Assembly (NCBI GenBank): GCA_013360215.1
Contig: JABWCP010000002.1
Location: forward strand, 124,001 to 177,815
Direction of reading: 5' to 3'
Source: a bacterium
GTDB taxonomy: Bacteria; CLD3; SB21
DNA: 53,815 nt
The position numbers and the translations under genes were made by a program. The notes under the pieces are model-generated. The model made no database searches. It had not been told where the DNA came from and worked only from the letters and a program-made list of their open reading frames with translations. Positions 27,344 to 37,420 of the stretch are shown here, piece after piece. Position 1 is the first letter of the stretch. Each line of letters begins with the position of its first letter.

Positions 27344-29065
27344 ATGTTGTCAAAATTTCGTACATTTGCTTTGTTCAGTATCGTATTGTTTACTTGCTCT
27401 ATTTCTGCTATCGACGCTCAAACTGCTCTACCCAAAGATAAAATCTTCAGGCAATTATATTTTCAGCCCGGAGATTGGGTAACCATCGGCGGTACGCGAT
27501 ATGCTACTTGTGTAGCTTCCACTTTTAACATGGCCTACATCGGTACACTGGGTGGCGTAATCCGATATGACATCATCCGACGTCAGTTTCTCTACCCGCT
27601 GACCATCAGTGATGGGCTACCCGAAAATGAAATCTTTTTGATCGGTGCAAATTCTCAGTCACAATTGGTCTGGATCATAACGCGCCATTTCATTTGCACT
27701 TTCAATCCCAATACATCGCGCGTACAAGATGTAACACCCATCGAATATCTGAATGTTCGCGATGCGTCAACTCTTGACGCGATAGGATTCGGTGCAGGTT
27801 CCGTTTGGCTGCGTTCGGAAGATCGGTATTGGAACTCCTCTCTTTCGTACCAATCATTTTCACCGTCAGAACTTCCAAAAAAAGAAACTATAGAATGGAA
27901 TAACATCCCGACGTCATCGGAAATCGTTTCACGCTCCATTTTTGTCAGTAATGAATCCGGATATATATTCATACCCCATAGCAACCTTTTTCAAGATCGA
28001 GAGCTGCGCCAGTTTCCCATCACCGGTTATCTGCAAGATGTGAATTATAATACTTGGGTCACGACAGCGGGTGCCGGAGCTTGGTTTTCAAATAATGGTT
28101 CATCCATCTTATCGCCACTCAATTATGGACTCAACGCTTCGTCAGTCAAAGCGATGGCCTTTGATGGTGCTGATATGTGGATCGGTGCGACGGCCAATAC
28201 TCTACCGGGACAATATCCGAGCGAACTATCCGGACTTACCCAATGGAATCAGAAAAACGACCACTTCACGTATTATTTCAGCAGCTTACATGATAACCTT
28301 GCTTTGAATGAAATCTCGGATATTGAAGCCGATGAAAATTATATTTGGGTTGGTACGACAAGTGGTTTGAATTATTTGAATAAAAAAAGCAACCAATGGA
28401 CTATCGCTAAGACATACAGCGGTCTTAAGGACGATAACATTATAGAAATTGCTCCGTTTCAAAAAGGTATTATAGTAGCGACTGAAAACGGGCTGCATCG
28501 CAGCATACTCACCAAAAAAGGAATACAATTCCAGCCGCTCGAAATTCCTGACTTATGGAACCGGCATGTTTTAAAAATATTGCCCTCCGGAAACAGTATC
28601 TGGCTTGGCACGGATAACGGTATTTATCGTTTAGATTCCAGTTTTACTATTCAAAACCACTATACGGCCCTTGGTTATGACATACCGCTCAATTCATTGG
28701 TCAACCAAGTCGTACCGGCTATAACCGAAACAGCGAACAACTTATTTTTCATATCAACCCATAGTGTATTACGGTTTGACAAACATAAGAAGGAATGGGA
28801 ATCCATGCCGATCAGCGGTTCGTATCTTCAATCCGGCGTATTTGACGCGATCGCCGACGAAGATAATCTTTGGATCGGTTTAGCGGATGGTGTTCTGCAA
28901 TATGATTTTGAAATTCAGCGCTGGGCTTATTACAATAAAAAAGACGGCATCGGCGGGTATTCGGTGTATAAAATTTTACCCGACGGTGACTATGTTTGGT
29001 TTGCCACCGAAAACGGATTGACACAGTTTTACTGGAATGCCGAGCATTTACGAAGTCAAAAGTAG
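27344..29065 (+). CDS. exported beta-propeller protein (two-component regulator propeller-like repeats)
   Basis: ATG at 27344 with GGAGG RBS and signal peptide. Repeated IWVGT-GL / WFATENGL and DGL-N motifs. Confidence 0.75.
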   Translation: MLSKFRTFALFSIVLFTCSISAIDAQTALPKDKIFRQLYFQPGDWVTIGGTRYATCVASTFNMAYIGTLGGVIRYDIIRRQFLYPLTISDGLPENEIFLIGANSQSQLVWIITRHFICTFNPNTSRVQDVTPIEYLNVRDASTLDAIGFGAGSVWLRSEDRYWNSSLSYQSFSPSELPKKETIEWNNIPTSSEIVSRSIFVSNESGYIFIPHSNLFQDRELRQFPITGYLQDVNYNTWVTTAGAGAWFSNNGSSILSPLNYGLNASSVKAMAFDGADMWIGATANTLPGQYPSELSGLTQWNQKNDHFTYYFSSLHDNLALNEISDIEADENYIWVGTTSGLNYLNKKSNQWTIAKTYSGLKDDNIIEIAPFQKGIIVATENGLHRSILTKKGIQFQPLEIPDLWNRHVLKILPSGNSIWLGTDNGIYRLDSSFTIQNHYTALGYDIPLNSLVNQVVPAITETANNLFFISTHSVLRFDKHKKEWESMPISGSYLQSGVFDAIADEDNLWIGLADGVLQYDFEIQRWAYYNKKDGIGGYSVYKILPDGDYVWFATENGLTQFYWNAEHLRSQK

Positions 29066-30241
29066 TTATTTGCCCGTAAGTTGACTTTCCGAATCTATCA
29101 AATATCCCGCCGTTTTTACGATTTCTTCTCCAGCCGTAATGCCTGAAAGTACCGTATATTGATCGCCAACTTTTTCACCAAGTATTATTTCGCGCCGCTC
29201 AAAGTGATGGGGCGATGTCATCACCCATGTCAAAGCACGTTTGCCGGTAAGAAGCACCGCCGTTTCAGGTATAACCGGTAATTCCGGTAAAGAAGATTCA
29301 ACAGTCATTTGTCCGTACATTTTAGGCCGCAAACGATAGTCTTTATTATTGAGTTCGATTCGTACTTTGATCGTGCGGGATACGGGCTCTATAACAGGAT
29401 AAATAAGTGTGATGGTACCGGTGAATTTTTCATCGGGATAGGTATCCAACCGAATTGTTACAGTGCTATGCAATTTTAAAAAACGCGCTTCGGATTCGAA
29501 TATATCCGAAACTCCCCAAATCAAACTCAGGTCGGCCATATCATACAAAATCGTTCCTTCATTGACATAGGCGCCTTCGGTGATTTTTTTTTCGATCACT
29601 GTACCACTATAAGGGGAATGATAAATAAAGTTTTGTTTAATTTCGCGCGTGCGCCGAAGCGTTTCCAACTGATCCGAAGTAACTCCCAATAATCGAAGCT
29701 TTGTCTCAGCGGCTGAAAGCATCTGATTTGTATAGGATTGTCCTTCTTTATTATTTAACAGAACAACAAAATCATTTTGCGCCTGAACGAGCTCCGGGCT
29801 ATATATTTCAAACAGTGCCTGACCGGCTTCGATACGATCCCCTGTTTTGGCTACGTATAGCTTTTCAATGCGGCCGCTAAAGCGTGCTGCGATAGCTTTA
29901 CGTAGATCTTCGGCAAATTCTAACGTTGTAAAACCAGTAATCGTTTTTTTTAGTTTGGACGTACGGACTGTCATCGTTGTAACTTGGGCCGAACGCATTT
30001 GATCAGGATTAAGAAATAAACTATGGTGCATTGTATCGGCAGCGGATTCCACACGCGTTTTTTTCACTAAATCCATTTGACAAATAGGACAAACTCCCGG
30101 CTTGTCGGATGTCACTTCTTTGTGCATAGGGCAATAATACAAATCGGCATGATCGGAATGAGACTTGTTATTCTCTTTCGATGTGCATCCGCTGATCGTG
30201 AGCGACAATATGCTGAGTACAATCAATATGTAGGGCGTCAT
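29066..30241 (-). CDS. cusB: heavy-metal efflux RND periplasmic adaptor (CusB-like)
   Basis: Lipobox ISGC, YYCPMH...CPICQMDL metal-binding domain, YSPELVQAQ, ADLS, LRPKMY, LIDSESQL. Confidence 0.88.
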   Translation of the reverse strand: MTPYILIVLSILSLTISGCTSKENNKSHSDHADLYYCPMHKEVTSDKPGVCPICQMDLVKKTRVESAADTMHHSLFLNPDQMRSAQVTTMTVRTSKLKKTITGFTTLEFAEDLRKAIAARFSGRIEKLYVAKTGDRIEAGQALFEIYSPELVQAQNDFVVLLNNKEGQSYTNQMLSAAETKLRLLGVTSDQLETLRRTREIKQNFIYHSPYSGTVIEKKITEGAYVNEGTILYDMADLSLIWGVSDIFESEARFLKLHSTVTIRLDTYPDEKFTGTITLIYPVIEPVSRTIKVRIELNNKDYRLRPKMYGQMTVESSLPELPVIPETAVLLTGKRALTWVMTSPHHFERREIILGEKVGDQYTVLSGITAGEEIVKTAGYLIDSESQLTGK

Positions 30242-30257
30242 ATAATTTTCCTTCGTT

Positions 30258-33200
30258 TTAACTTTCTTTGATCCAATGAGCCATTTTGGATTTTTTTAGT
30301 GTTCCTTTGCTTAAAGCTCTTTCTTTCATAATCGCGAATAAAACCGGTGTTACGATCAAAACGTGTATCGCCGATGTGATCAGTCCTCCAATCATTGGTG
30401 CCGTCAGCGGCTTCATCACATCCGCACCGGTTCCCGTTGACCACATTATCGGCACCAACCCAATCAAAGCCGTACCGACCGTCATCAATTTAGGTCGCAA
30501 TCGCAATACACTGCCTTCAATCGTTGCTTCATAAACATCCTTTTGAGTTATAACTCCATTTTTAGATTGTAAACGACGATCCAAAGCCTCATGAAGATAA
30601 ACCACCATGATAACACCCGTTTCTGTAGCGATACCATATAACGCTATGAAACCAACCCATACGGCTACAGAAAAATTATAACCGAGTATAAAATTCATGT
30701 ACACTCCGCCGATTAAAGCAAACGGGACCGAAAGCATGACAACAAGAGCTTCTATGGGATCTCGCACCGTAAAATAGAGTAATAAAAAAATCAAAATAAA
30801 AACGATCGGGATAATAATCATCAACGTACGCTGTGCGCGAATCTTATGTTCGTACTGGCCGCTCCACTGATATGTATAACCCTCAGGTAGCTTTAGTTCG
30901 GATTGAATCAAAACTTTTGCATCTTCGACTACATGATCCAAATCTCGGCCTGCTGTATTCATATAGACCACGGAACGAAGCATCCCGTTTTCACTGTTAA
31001 CCATTGTAGGTCCCTGATTGACTTTGACTTCGGCTAACTGACCCAACGGTAAAAAAATGATGTCTTCATTCACATCTGAGAGTAGCGATTGGCGAATCGG
31101 TTCAGATGCAGCATCGGTATTTTGCGTCATCGAAGCCGACATTGATTTTTTTGTGTTTTCATACAAGACATTTTCAATTGGTGTAGCTGAAACCATCGTA
31201 TTGCGTGGTCTAATGGGAATCCACAATTGTTTTAATGCCTCGGTGTTATCGCGCCATTCGCGTCCAAATCGAGCGCGTATGGGAAAACGCATTCGACCAT
31301 CCAACACTGTGCCGATATTTTGTCCGCCGATCGCCATTTCTATAATCTCTTGCAAATCACCACTTTTAAATCCTATGCGTTGGGCGGCTTCAGGTTTTAT
31401 GGTAATATCCAGGTAATATCCATTCTGCCCTCGTTCGGCCACTACATCACTCGCACCATGCACTTTTTTAAGAATTTTTTCAGCTTCGATGGCATAATAC
31501 TCCAGCGTATCGGCATTATTACCCAATATTTTAAAACCCACGTCGGTACGTACACCTGTAGCAAGCATGTTGATACGATTAACAATAGGTTGTGTCCATC
31601 CGTTGCGGACGCCCGGTATCTGTAGTTTAGAATCTAATTCCTGAATGATATCTTTTTTTGTAATACCGGGGCGCCAATCTTTTTTGTCTTTTAACAAAAT
31701 GATCGTTTCGATCATACTAATCGGTGCATTATCGGTGGCCGTTTCAGCACGACCGGCCTTACCTAAGACGTGCGCCACTTCAGGTACGCTTTTGATCAAT
31801 CGATCCTGTATCGTCAGAATTCGATTAACTTCCGTAAGCGAGGCATTGGGCAGTGTGACCGGCATGTACAAGATCGAGCCTTCATCCAAAGGCGGCATAA
31901 ATTCCGATCCCATATTTACGATCATCGGTATCGTAATAATAAGCGCGATGACGTTAAGTGATAAAGTAATTTTACGATACCGTAATACCCAGTGAATGAT
32001 AGGTTCGTAGAGTTTGATAAAAAAATGCGTTACAGGATTTTCCTTTTCAGGTCGGAATTTTCCGCGCATCAAAAATGTCATAAGTACCGGTATCAGTGTC
32101 AAAACAACAGCGGCCGACGCCAGCATAACAAAGGTTTTTGTAAAAGCGAGCGGAGCAAAAAGTTTACCCTCTTGACCGGTAAGCATAAACACCGGCAAAA
32201 AAGAAACAAGGATGATCAGTTCGGAAAAAAATATGGCGCGCCCGACTTGTTTAGCCGACTGTAGAGCAATGGCCTGATAATCCTCGGTTAGCAGCTTTCC
32301 TTTAGTCTCCAGCGCCTGGGCGATGTTACGATAGGCGTTTTCCACCATCACGATGGATGCATCCACTATCACGCCGATTGCGAGTATGATGCCCCCCAGA
32401 CTCATAATATTGGCATGTATATCAAAAATGCGCATCAAAATAAATGACAGCAGAATGGATACAGGGATTTCGATGATAATACGAAGTATGCTTCGTGCAT
32501 GAAGCAAAAACACGGCTACCATAAGCGAGACCGTCAAGGCGGCTTCGAATAATGCCCGATTAAGCGTTTCGATTGATTGCTCGATAAGCACACTGCGATC
32601 ATACGATGGTTTGATGACAACGCCATGCGGCAATCCCGGTGTGATTTCATTTATTTTTTTCTTTATACGATCAATCACGGCTTTCGCGTTTTCGCCGCTG
32701 CGCATGACTACGATTCCGCCGACGGCTTCGCCTTCACCGTCCTTTTCCAATGAGCCTCTTCGAATATCACCACCGATCTGCACATCAGCTATTTGCCCAA
32801 GCATAACAGGTATCCCGCTGCCATTATTTCGTAATACGAGATTACGAATATCGCTCTCCGTACGAATATACCCTTGTCCGCGTACAAAATATTCTGCGCT
32901 GCTCCATTCGATAATCTTGCCGCCTACTTCATTATTATTGCGTTGAAGCGCTTGGGTAACATCCATTATATCTATTCCAAACGCCCGCATTCGTACCGGA
33001 TTCAAGTCTATCTGATATTGTTTGACATGCCCCCCTATACTTGCCACTTCGGCGACCCCTTCAACGGAGGAAAGTTGATACCTGATATACCAATCTTGTA
33101 TGGATCGCAACGTTCCTAAATCTTGTTCGTCGCCCTCGACCGTATACCAGTAAATATGACCGATACCGGTGCCGTCCGGCCCCAATGTAGGTATCGCATC

Positions 33201-33569
33201 TTTAGGCAACGATCCGCGAACCGTGCTCAAACGCTCCTGGACGCGCGAACGGGCAAAATAGATATCCGTATTATCATCAAAAATCACAAACACAAACGAC
33301 ATACCGAACATGGAACTGGCGCGTACAGCCTTGACGTGAGCAAGCCCTTGGAGTGCTGTAACCAGAGGAAATGTCAATTGCTCTTCGACAACTTGCGGCG
33401 AGCGACCCATCCATTCCGTATAGACGATAACTTGATTTTCAGATAAATCCGGAATTGCGTCAACGCTCATTTCCCTAAATGAATAAATGCCATATAACGA
33501 AATGGATACATAAGCAGTAAGTACCATCCAACGATGGCGGGCGCTCCAATCAATGATATTTTCAATCAT
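30258..33569 (-). CDS. cusA: CusA/CzcA-family heavy-metal RND permease (Cu/Ag type)
   Basis: DAIPDLSENQVIV, SMFGMS, LGPDGTG, FMPPLDEG, GRAETATDNAPISM, RINMLATG, RLRPKLMT. Confidence 0.92.
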   Translation of the reverse strand: MIENIIDWSARHRWMVLTAYVSISLYGIYSFREMSVDAIPDLSENQVIVYTEWMGRSPQVVEEQLTFPLVTALQGLAHVKAVRASSMFGMSFVFVIFDDNTDIYFARSRVQERLSTVRGSLPKDAIPTLGPDGTGIGHIYWYTVEGDEQDLGTLRSIQDWYIRYQLSSVEGVAEVASIGGHVKQYQIDLNPVRMRAFGIDIMDVTQALQRNNNEVGGKIIEWSSAEYFVRGQGYIRTESDIRNLVLRNNGSGIPVMLGQIADVQIGGDIRRGSLEKDGEGEAVGGIVVMRSGENAKAVIDRIKKKINEITPGLPHGVVIKPSYDRSVLIEQSIETLNRALFEAALTVSLMVAVFLLHARSILRIIIEIPVSILLSFILMRIFDIHANIMSLGGIILAIGVIVDASIVMVENAYRNIAQALETKGKLLTEDYQAIALQSAKQVGRAIFFSELIILVSFLPVFMLTGQEGKLFAPLAFTKTFVMLASAAVVLTLIPVLMTFLMRGKFRPEKENPVTHFFIKLYEPIIHWVLRYRKITLSLNVIALIITIPMIVNMGSEFMPPLDEGSILYMPVTLPNASLTEVNRILTIQDRLIKSVPEVAHVLGKAGRAETATDNAPISMIETIILLKDKKDWRPGITKKDIIQELDSKLQIPGVRNGWTQPIVNRINMLATGVRTDVGFKILGNNADTLEYYAIEAEKILKKVHGASDVVAERGQNGYYLDITIKPEAAQRIGFKSGDLQEIIEMAIGGQNIGTVLDGRMRFPIRARFGREWRDNTEALKQLWIPIRPRNTMVSATPIENVLYENTKKSMSASMTQNTDAASEPIRQSLLSDVNEDIIFLPLGQLAEVKVNQGPTMVNSENGMLRSVVYMNTAGRDLDHVVEDAKVLIQSELKLPEGYTYQWSGQYEHKIRAQRTLMIIIPIVFILIFLLLYFTVRDPIEALVVMLSVPFALIGGVYMNFILGYNFSVAVWVGFIALYGIATETGVIMVVYLHEALDRRLQSKNGVITQKDVYEATIEGSVLRLRPKLMTVGTALIGLVPIMWSTGTGADVMKPLTAPMIGGLITSAIHVLIVTPVLFAIMKERALSKGTLKKSKMAHWIKES

Positions 33570-34836
33570 GACGCACCTCAGTTCTCACATTTGACATACC
33601 TATGGTTTTATAAAAATCAGCCTCGGCTATTTTACTACCGGCCAATGCCATGACCAAATCATCTTTCGCCATATAAATCATCCGCAACATAGACAACAAC
33701 ATTGCGGTATCAGCTTTGCCTGTCTGAAAAGAAATCATCATAGATTGGTAAGCCGCTTCATAATGCGGGAGAATCCGTTGTTCGATTTGTTCGGCCTGAC
33801 GGCGCGATGATTTTATCCTTTCGATAGCTGACCGCGCTTCAGAAGTAATCATGATCTTCATGTTTTCTATTTCCATGGCGCCATGTTTTATATGCATGTC
33901 CAATTCCTTGATCCGTGCATCCAGTGACCCTCTTGACCAAGGTGCAAAGGGAATATTAGCACTGAACATCAGAGACCAATAATTTTTTCCCATGCTCATA
34001 TCTTTATACATGCCTCTTACCATGATATCCGGAAACCATTCGCGATGTGTCGCTTTTTTTTCAGCAGTAAACATCGCGATTTCATGATTCATACCCTGAA
34101 TTTCAGGTTTTTTAGGCAGAGTATGTTGTATTAATGTATCCAGCACTACGGAAAAATTATTCGTCCAGTCCACAGGAATTGAATCCGGCCACCGGATTTC
34201 ATTATTTCCCAAGACCCCATTTAACATGGATTCCGTAGCCCGACGATCTTTCTCCAGTTCGAACGCCTTATTTTCTAAAGCTAATCGCTCATTTTCGATT
34301 TGTAATATATCGGCTTGTGTTATTTGCCCGACTTCGTATCGTTTCAATGATAACTGTAATAATTGCTCCAATGTTCGTTGTGCATTAGCGTTATTACGCC
34401 TTCGTTCGTTAATCATACATAATTCAAAAAAAGCCACACGCGCATCACGTTCTATGTTTAATTGGGCGCTTGCGATCATTGTTTTTTGAATTTCTGCTGT
34501 ATAATGCGCGGCCTCCGACATGGCATCGAGTTTTCCGGGCCAAGGTATCATTTGTTGTATAAAATAATCTGTTTCCATATTCCCTTTGACCGGGATAGGA
34601 AAATTGCTCGCCGGCATTTGAAATAATTCGAATCCCACATCCGGTGCCGGCCATGATCTCTTTTGTTTAGCTTGAAAACGATACGCTTCATAATTGTGCT
34701 GTATCGCGTGAATTTTGGGATGATGTTGTATGGCCTCGCGAATAAGACTGTCTATCAATACCTGCGTGTGAACCTGAGGTATCTCCAAACTTGCGAGACC
34801 GATAATAAGCGCTATTTTTTTTAACGATTCGAACAT
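33562..34836 (-). CDS. TolC-family outer-membrane efflux channel (CusC-like)
   Basis: Signal peptide, OEP repeats (QQMIPWPGK, RYEVGQ..Q.D, FQTGK), Met-rich. First gene of TolC-CusA-CusB. Confidence 0.88.
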   Translation of the reverse strand: MFESLKKIALIIGLASLEIPQVHTQVLIDSLIREAIQHHPKIHAIQHNYEAYRFQAKQKRSWPAPDVGFELFQMPASNFPIPVKGNMETDYFIQQMIPWPGKLDAMSEAAHYTAEIQKTMIASAQLNIERDARVAFFELCMINERRRNNANAQRTLEQLLQLSLKRYEVGQITQADILQIENERLALENKAFELEKDRRATESMLNGVLGNNEIRWPDSIPVDWTNNFSVVLDTLIQHTLPKKPEIQGMNHEIAMFTAEKKATHREWFPDIMVRGMYKDMSMGKNYWSLMFSANIPFAPWSRGSLDARIKELDMHIKHGAMEIENMKIMITSEARSAIERIKSSRRQAEQIEQRILPHYEAAYQSMMISFQTGKADTAMLLSMLRMIYMAKDDLVMALAGSKIAEADFYKTIGMSNVRTEVRHD

Positions 34837-34908
34837 AATTTCTCCTCAACAAAATGAATAACGGCTAAATACTATGATTTAGCATAGATTCAGTTTAATC
34901 GGAAAATT

Positions 34909-35328
34909 CTAAATGCGGAATGTACTGAGGAAAGCGTTGGTGTCTGAAGCCGTATTGGCAGGTGGATGTTGATGGGAAAAAACGAAAATAGAATTCTTAT
35001 GATATACTTGATCAAAGGCGGTTTGGAATACGAAACTCAACAATGCATGCGTTTGCTGCACCGAGCTGGTTTTGAGTGTTTCTATAGGCAACGAAACACC
35101 ACGCTCCGGCAAAACGCTCATCATTCCCGGACAACGGCATGATTTATAAGCAGCCATTTGAAGTGAATTGCTTGTGCCGGCCATAGTCATAGAAGACTGG
35201 CAGCAAGACATCGAATTTGTTTTTGTTGAATAGCATGTCCCGGTAATACGGGCATTCACTAAACAACCGGTCAGCCAAACCAGCGCCAGAAGAACAGACA
35301 AAATCTTATGTAGGCTTTGCTTATTCAT
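34909..35328 (-). CDS. Cys-rich exported leader protein (HYC_CC_PP / CutF-CruR-like)
   Basis: Signal peptide, C..CC..CxC and Met-rich core, HQHPP, terminal FRI. Directly upstream of the metal efflux operon. Confidence 0.65.
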   Translation of the reverse strand: MNKQSLHKILSVLLALVWLTGCLVNARITGTCYSTKTNSMSCCQSSMTMAGTSNSLQMAAYKSCRCPGMMSVLPERGVSLPIETLKTSSVQQTHALLSFVFQTAFDQVYHKNSIFVFSHQHPPANTASDTNAFLSTFRI

Positions 35329-35333
35329 ATGTT

Positions 35334-36482
35334 TTAAAAATACCCTGGAAAACCTGCGGAATCAAGCACTTTCCAATGCGAATCATGAATATTATTTTTT
35401 ACGATTTGTACCACATTCATATCGGACCACTGAGGATCTTTTTCAGCACACAAACGCGTAAATGATTTGATCCATTCGGAAACACCGACAATATCATCCC
35501 CATTCAGCTGGATCGGTTTTAATGCCGTTGTTTTACCCCGCTGGTCTACCACGAAATATCCGAGGGTATTCCATTTGTTCACATGTGCGAGTTGCGCACG
35601 GCGAAAATAATTTCCTACTTTCGCTTCGCCCATAGATTGCCCTACGTGCATGGTAGCCGCATTTAATGCCGCAATTACTACATCGGCCGGTATGGATACA
35701 GCTTTATTCCCTACGGAAACAGGTGTCGAGACTCCTTCTTTGGATGACATAGTTGACTTAGCATCCGACCGCAACGATTTGGTCAGTGCATCCAAGGTTA
35801 ATAATTGTTGATTGATTTCAAATGTTCCGTTTTGCCAAGACATAAGTTCGTCAATGGCGGCATCGTCTTTTTTATCGTCAAGTGATACTTCCAGCAACTC
35901 ACCTTTTCTGTACGTCAATTTCCCGCGACGGTTTTCGTGCGTTACAATCAATTCACCCGTCAGCGAATTGGCCTCACAAAAAGCAATCACATCTATCAAA
36001 GGTTTTTCTTCTAATTTTCCAACGGGCTTATTTTCACGGCGCGTATCAAGATCAGCTTTCACCTCATGGCCTTGTTGAGGTTGAGGCCTGGTCTGGTGAC
36101 GTGCTTCGATTTTGGAGAGAACCATTTGTACGCGCGCAATGACCTCTTTGATGCGAATCGGCTTGGAAATATAGTCTTCTGCGCCCAATTGAAGGCCTTC
36201 GATAATATGATCGTTATCCGTAGCCGCCGTCAAAAAAATAACCGGTATCTGATTATAATACGGATCCTTTTTTAAACTTTGCAAAAGCTGAAATCCATTC
36301 ATCGCCGGCATAAAAATATCGCTGAGTATCAAATCTACATTTTGATTTTCTACAACCTTGAGCGCTTCAGAGCCGTCAGAAGCGGAAAACGTTTTGAACC
36401 CGTTTTGTTGAAGGGCCATTTCGCAAATAAGACGGATGCTTTCTTCGTCGTCAACCACAAGGATGCGTTTCTTTTCTGTCAT
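35334..36482 (-). CDS. response regulator: REC + DUF4388 (PATAN-like) + unknown C-terminal domain
   Basis: ILVVDDE, SDIFMPAMNG, DYISKP receiver motifs. G.L....LIDVI....LTGEL.V....G....KG...W..GTF matches DUF4388. Confidence 0.82.
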   Translation of the reverse strand: MTEKKRILVVDDEESIRLICEMALQQNGFKTFSASDGSEALKVVENQNVDLILSDIFMPAMNGFQLLQSLKKDPYYNQIPVIFLTAATDNDHIIEGLQLGAEDYISKPIRIKEVIARVQMVLSKIEARHQTRPQPQQGHEVKADLDTRRENKPVGKLEEKPLIDVIAFCEANSLTGELIVTHENRRGKLTYRKGELLEVSLDDKKDDAAIDELMSWQNGTFEINQQLLTLDALTKSLRSDAKSTMSSKEGVSTPVSVGNKAVSIPADVVIAALNAATMHVGQSMGEAKVGNYFRRAQLAHVNKWNTLGYFVVDQRGKTTALKPIQLNGDDIVGVSEWIKSFTRLCAEKDPQWSDMNVVQIVKNNIHDSHWKVLDSAGFPGYF

Positions 36483-37414
36483 TGATTTTCCATGTATCGT
36501 TGGGTGATTTCCAATAATCTTTTGGTTTCTACGGGTTGCTCAATGATTTCATAAATACGCGCCTGGATTTTGAGCGCCATGATATGATGGGGCTGTTCGT
36601 TTAATACCGATGCGGTGATTTCTAACGCATCTTTGTATAACTGGTACCGCATATAGATGGTGGCGGTCAACAACTTTTTTAATACCGGATTTTCCGTTAA
36701 CTCAATAGCGTCATTGCTTTCCCGCAGTGCATTTTCAAATTCAGCACGATCTTCTTTATTCATTACATAAAACCAAACACTCTCTGTTGCTTCATTGATA
36801 TTCTCATTCACCGCTTCCGTAAACCAAAAATATTTAATGCCGCGCTCCATATTCATTTCGTTACGAAATGTAAATGAATTACCAAGCACCGTCTCTTCAA
36901 AAGAGTAATCATTTTCATATGATCGTAAATGAACAACAAATTCAGATGCGCCTGTTATTTTATCAGGGATATGGCGCCATATCAATTGCGTTGGAATATC
37001 TATAAGCCGCGTATTACGTGGAGTTATTGCAGATAAAGAAGCCTCTGTATCACTTCGATAAATTTGTTTGGAATAATGAGACTGGGCTTTGGAAAACCAC
37101 GATTGGGTGGTCGCATGTTCAGCGAACATAGCCATAATTTCTTTACGCAATGGTTTTAGATCGGGCACATTAAATTTTTTTTTATATTCTTTCACCGACC
37201 CATCCGCCCAAAAAACTTTACAGTAATCCCCTTGCCCAAGATTAACGGCATCTCCTTTATAGAGTAAATCGCCTTGTTTGATAACTTTATCGCCTTTGGT
37301 CTCAATACTAGCACGCAAATATATTACAATGCCGAGTGGTTCATTTTTATTTTCTTGTTGTGCAAAAATAGAACCGGTAAACATTGCCAACATTACAAGA
37401 TTCTTAAACGCCAT
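36479..37414 (-). CDS. exported protein with FecR-like N-terminus, DUF928-like middle and TPR-like end
   Basis: Signal peptide. GDLLYKGD...V.WADGS (FecR-like), PRNT...P..IW...YFW...F and LYKDAL (DUF928-like). Domain calls are by eye. Confidence 0.55.
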   Translation of the reverse strand: MAFKNLVMLAMFTGSIFAQQENKNEPLGIVIYLRASIETKGDKVIKQGDLLYKGDAVNLGQGDYCKVFWADGSVKEYKKKFNVPDLKPLRKEIMAMFAEHATTQSWFSKAQSHYSKQIYRSDTEASLSAITPRNTRLIDIPTQLIWRHIPDKITGASEFVVHLRSYENDYSFEETVLGNSFTFRNEMNMERGIKYFWFTEAVNENINEATESVWFYVMNKEDRAEFENALRESNDAIELTENPVLKKLLTATIYMRYQLYKDALEITASVLNEQPHHIMALKIQARIYEIIEQPVETKRLLEITQRYMENQ

Positions 37415-37420
37415 AACTGA

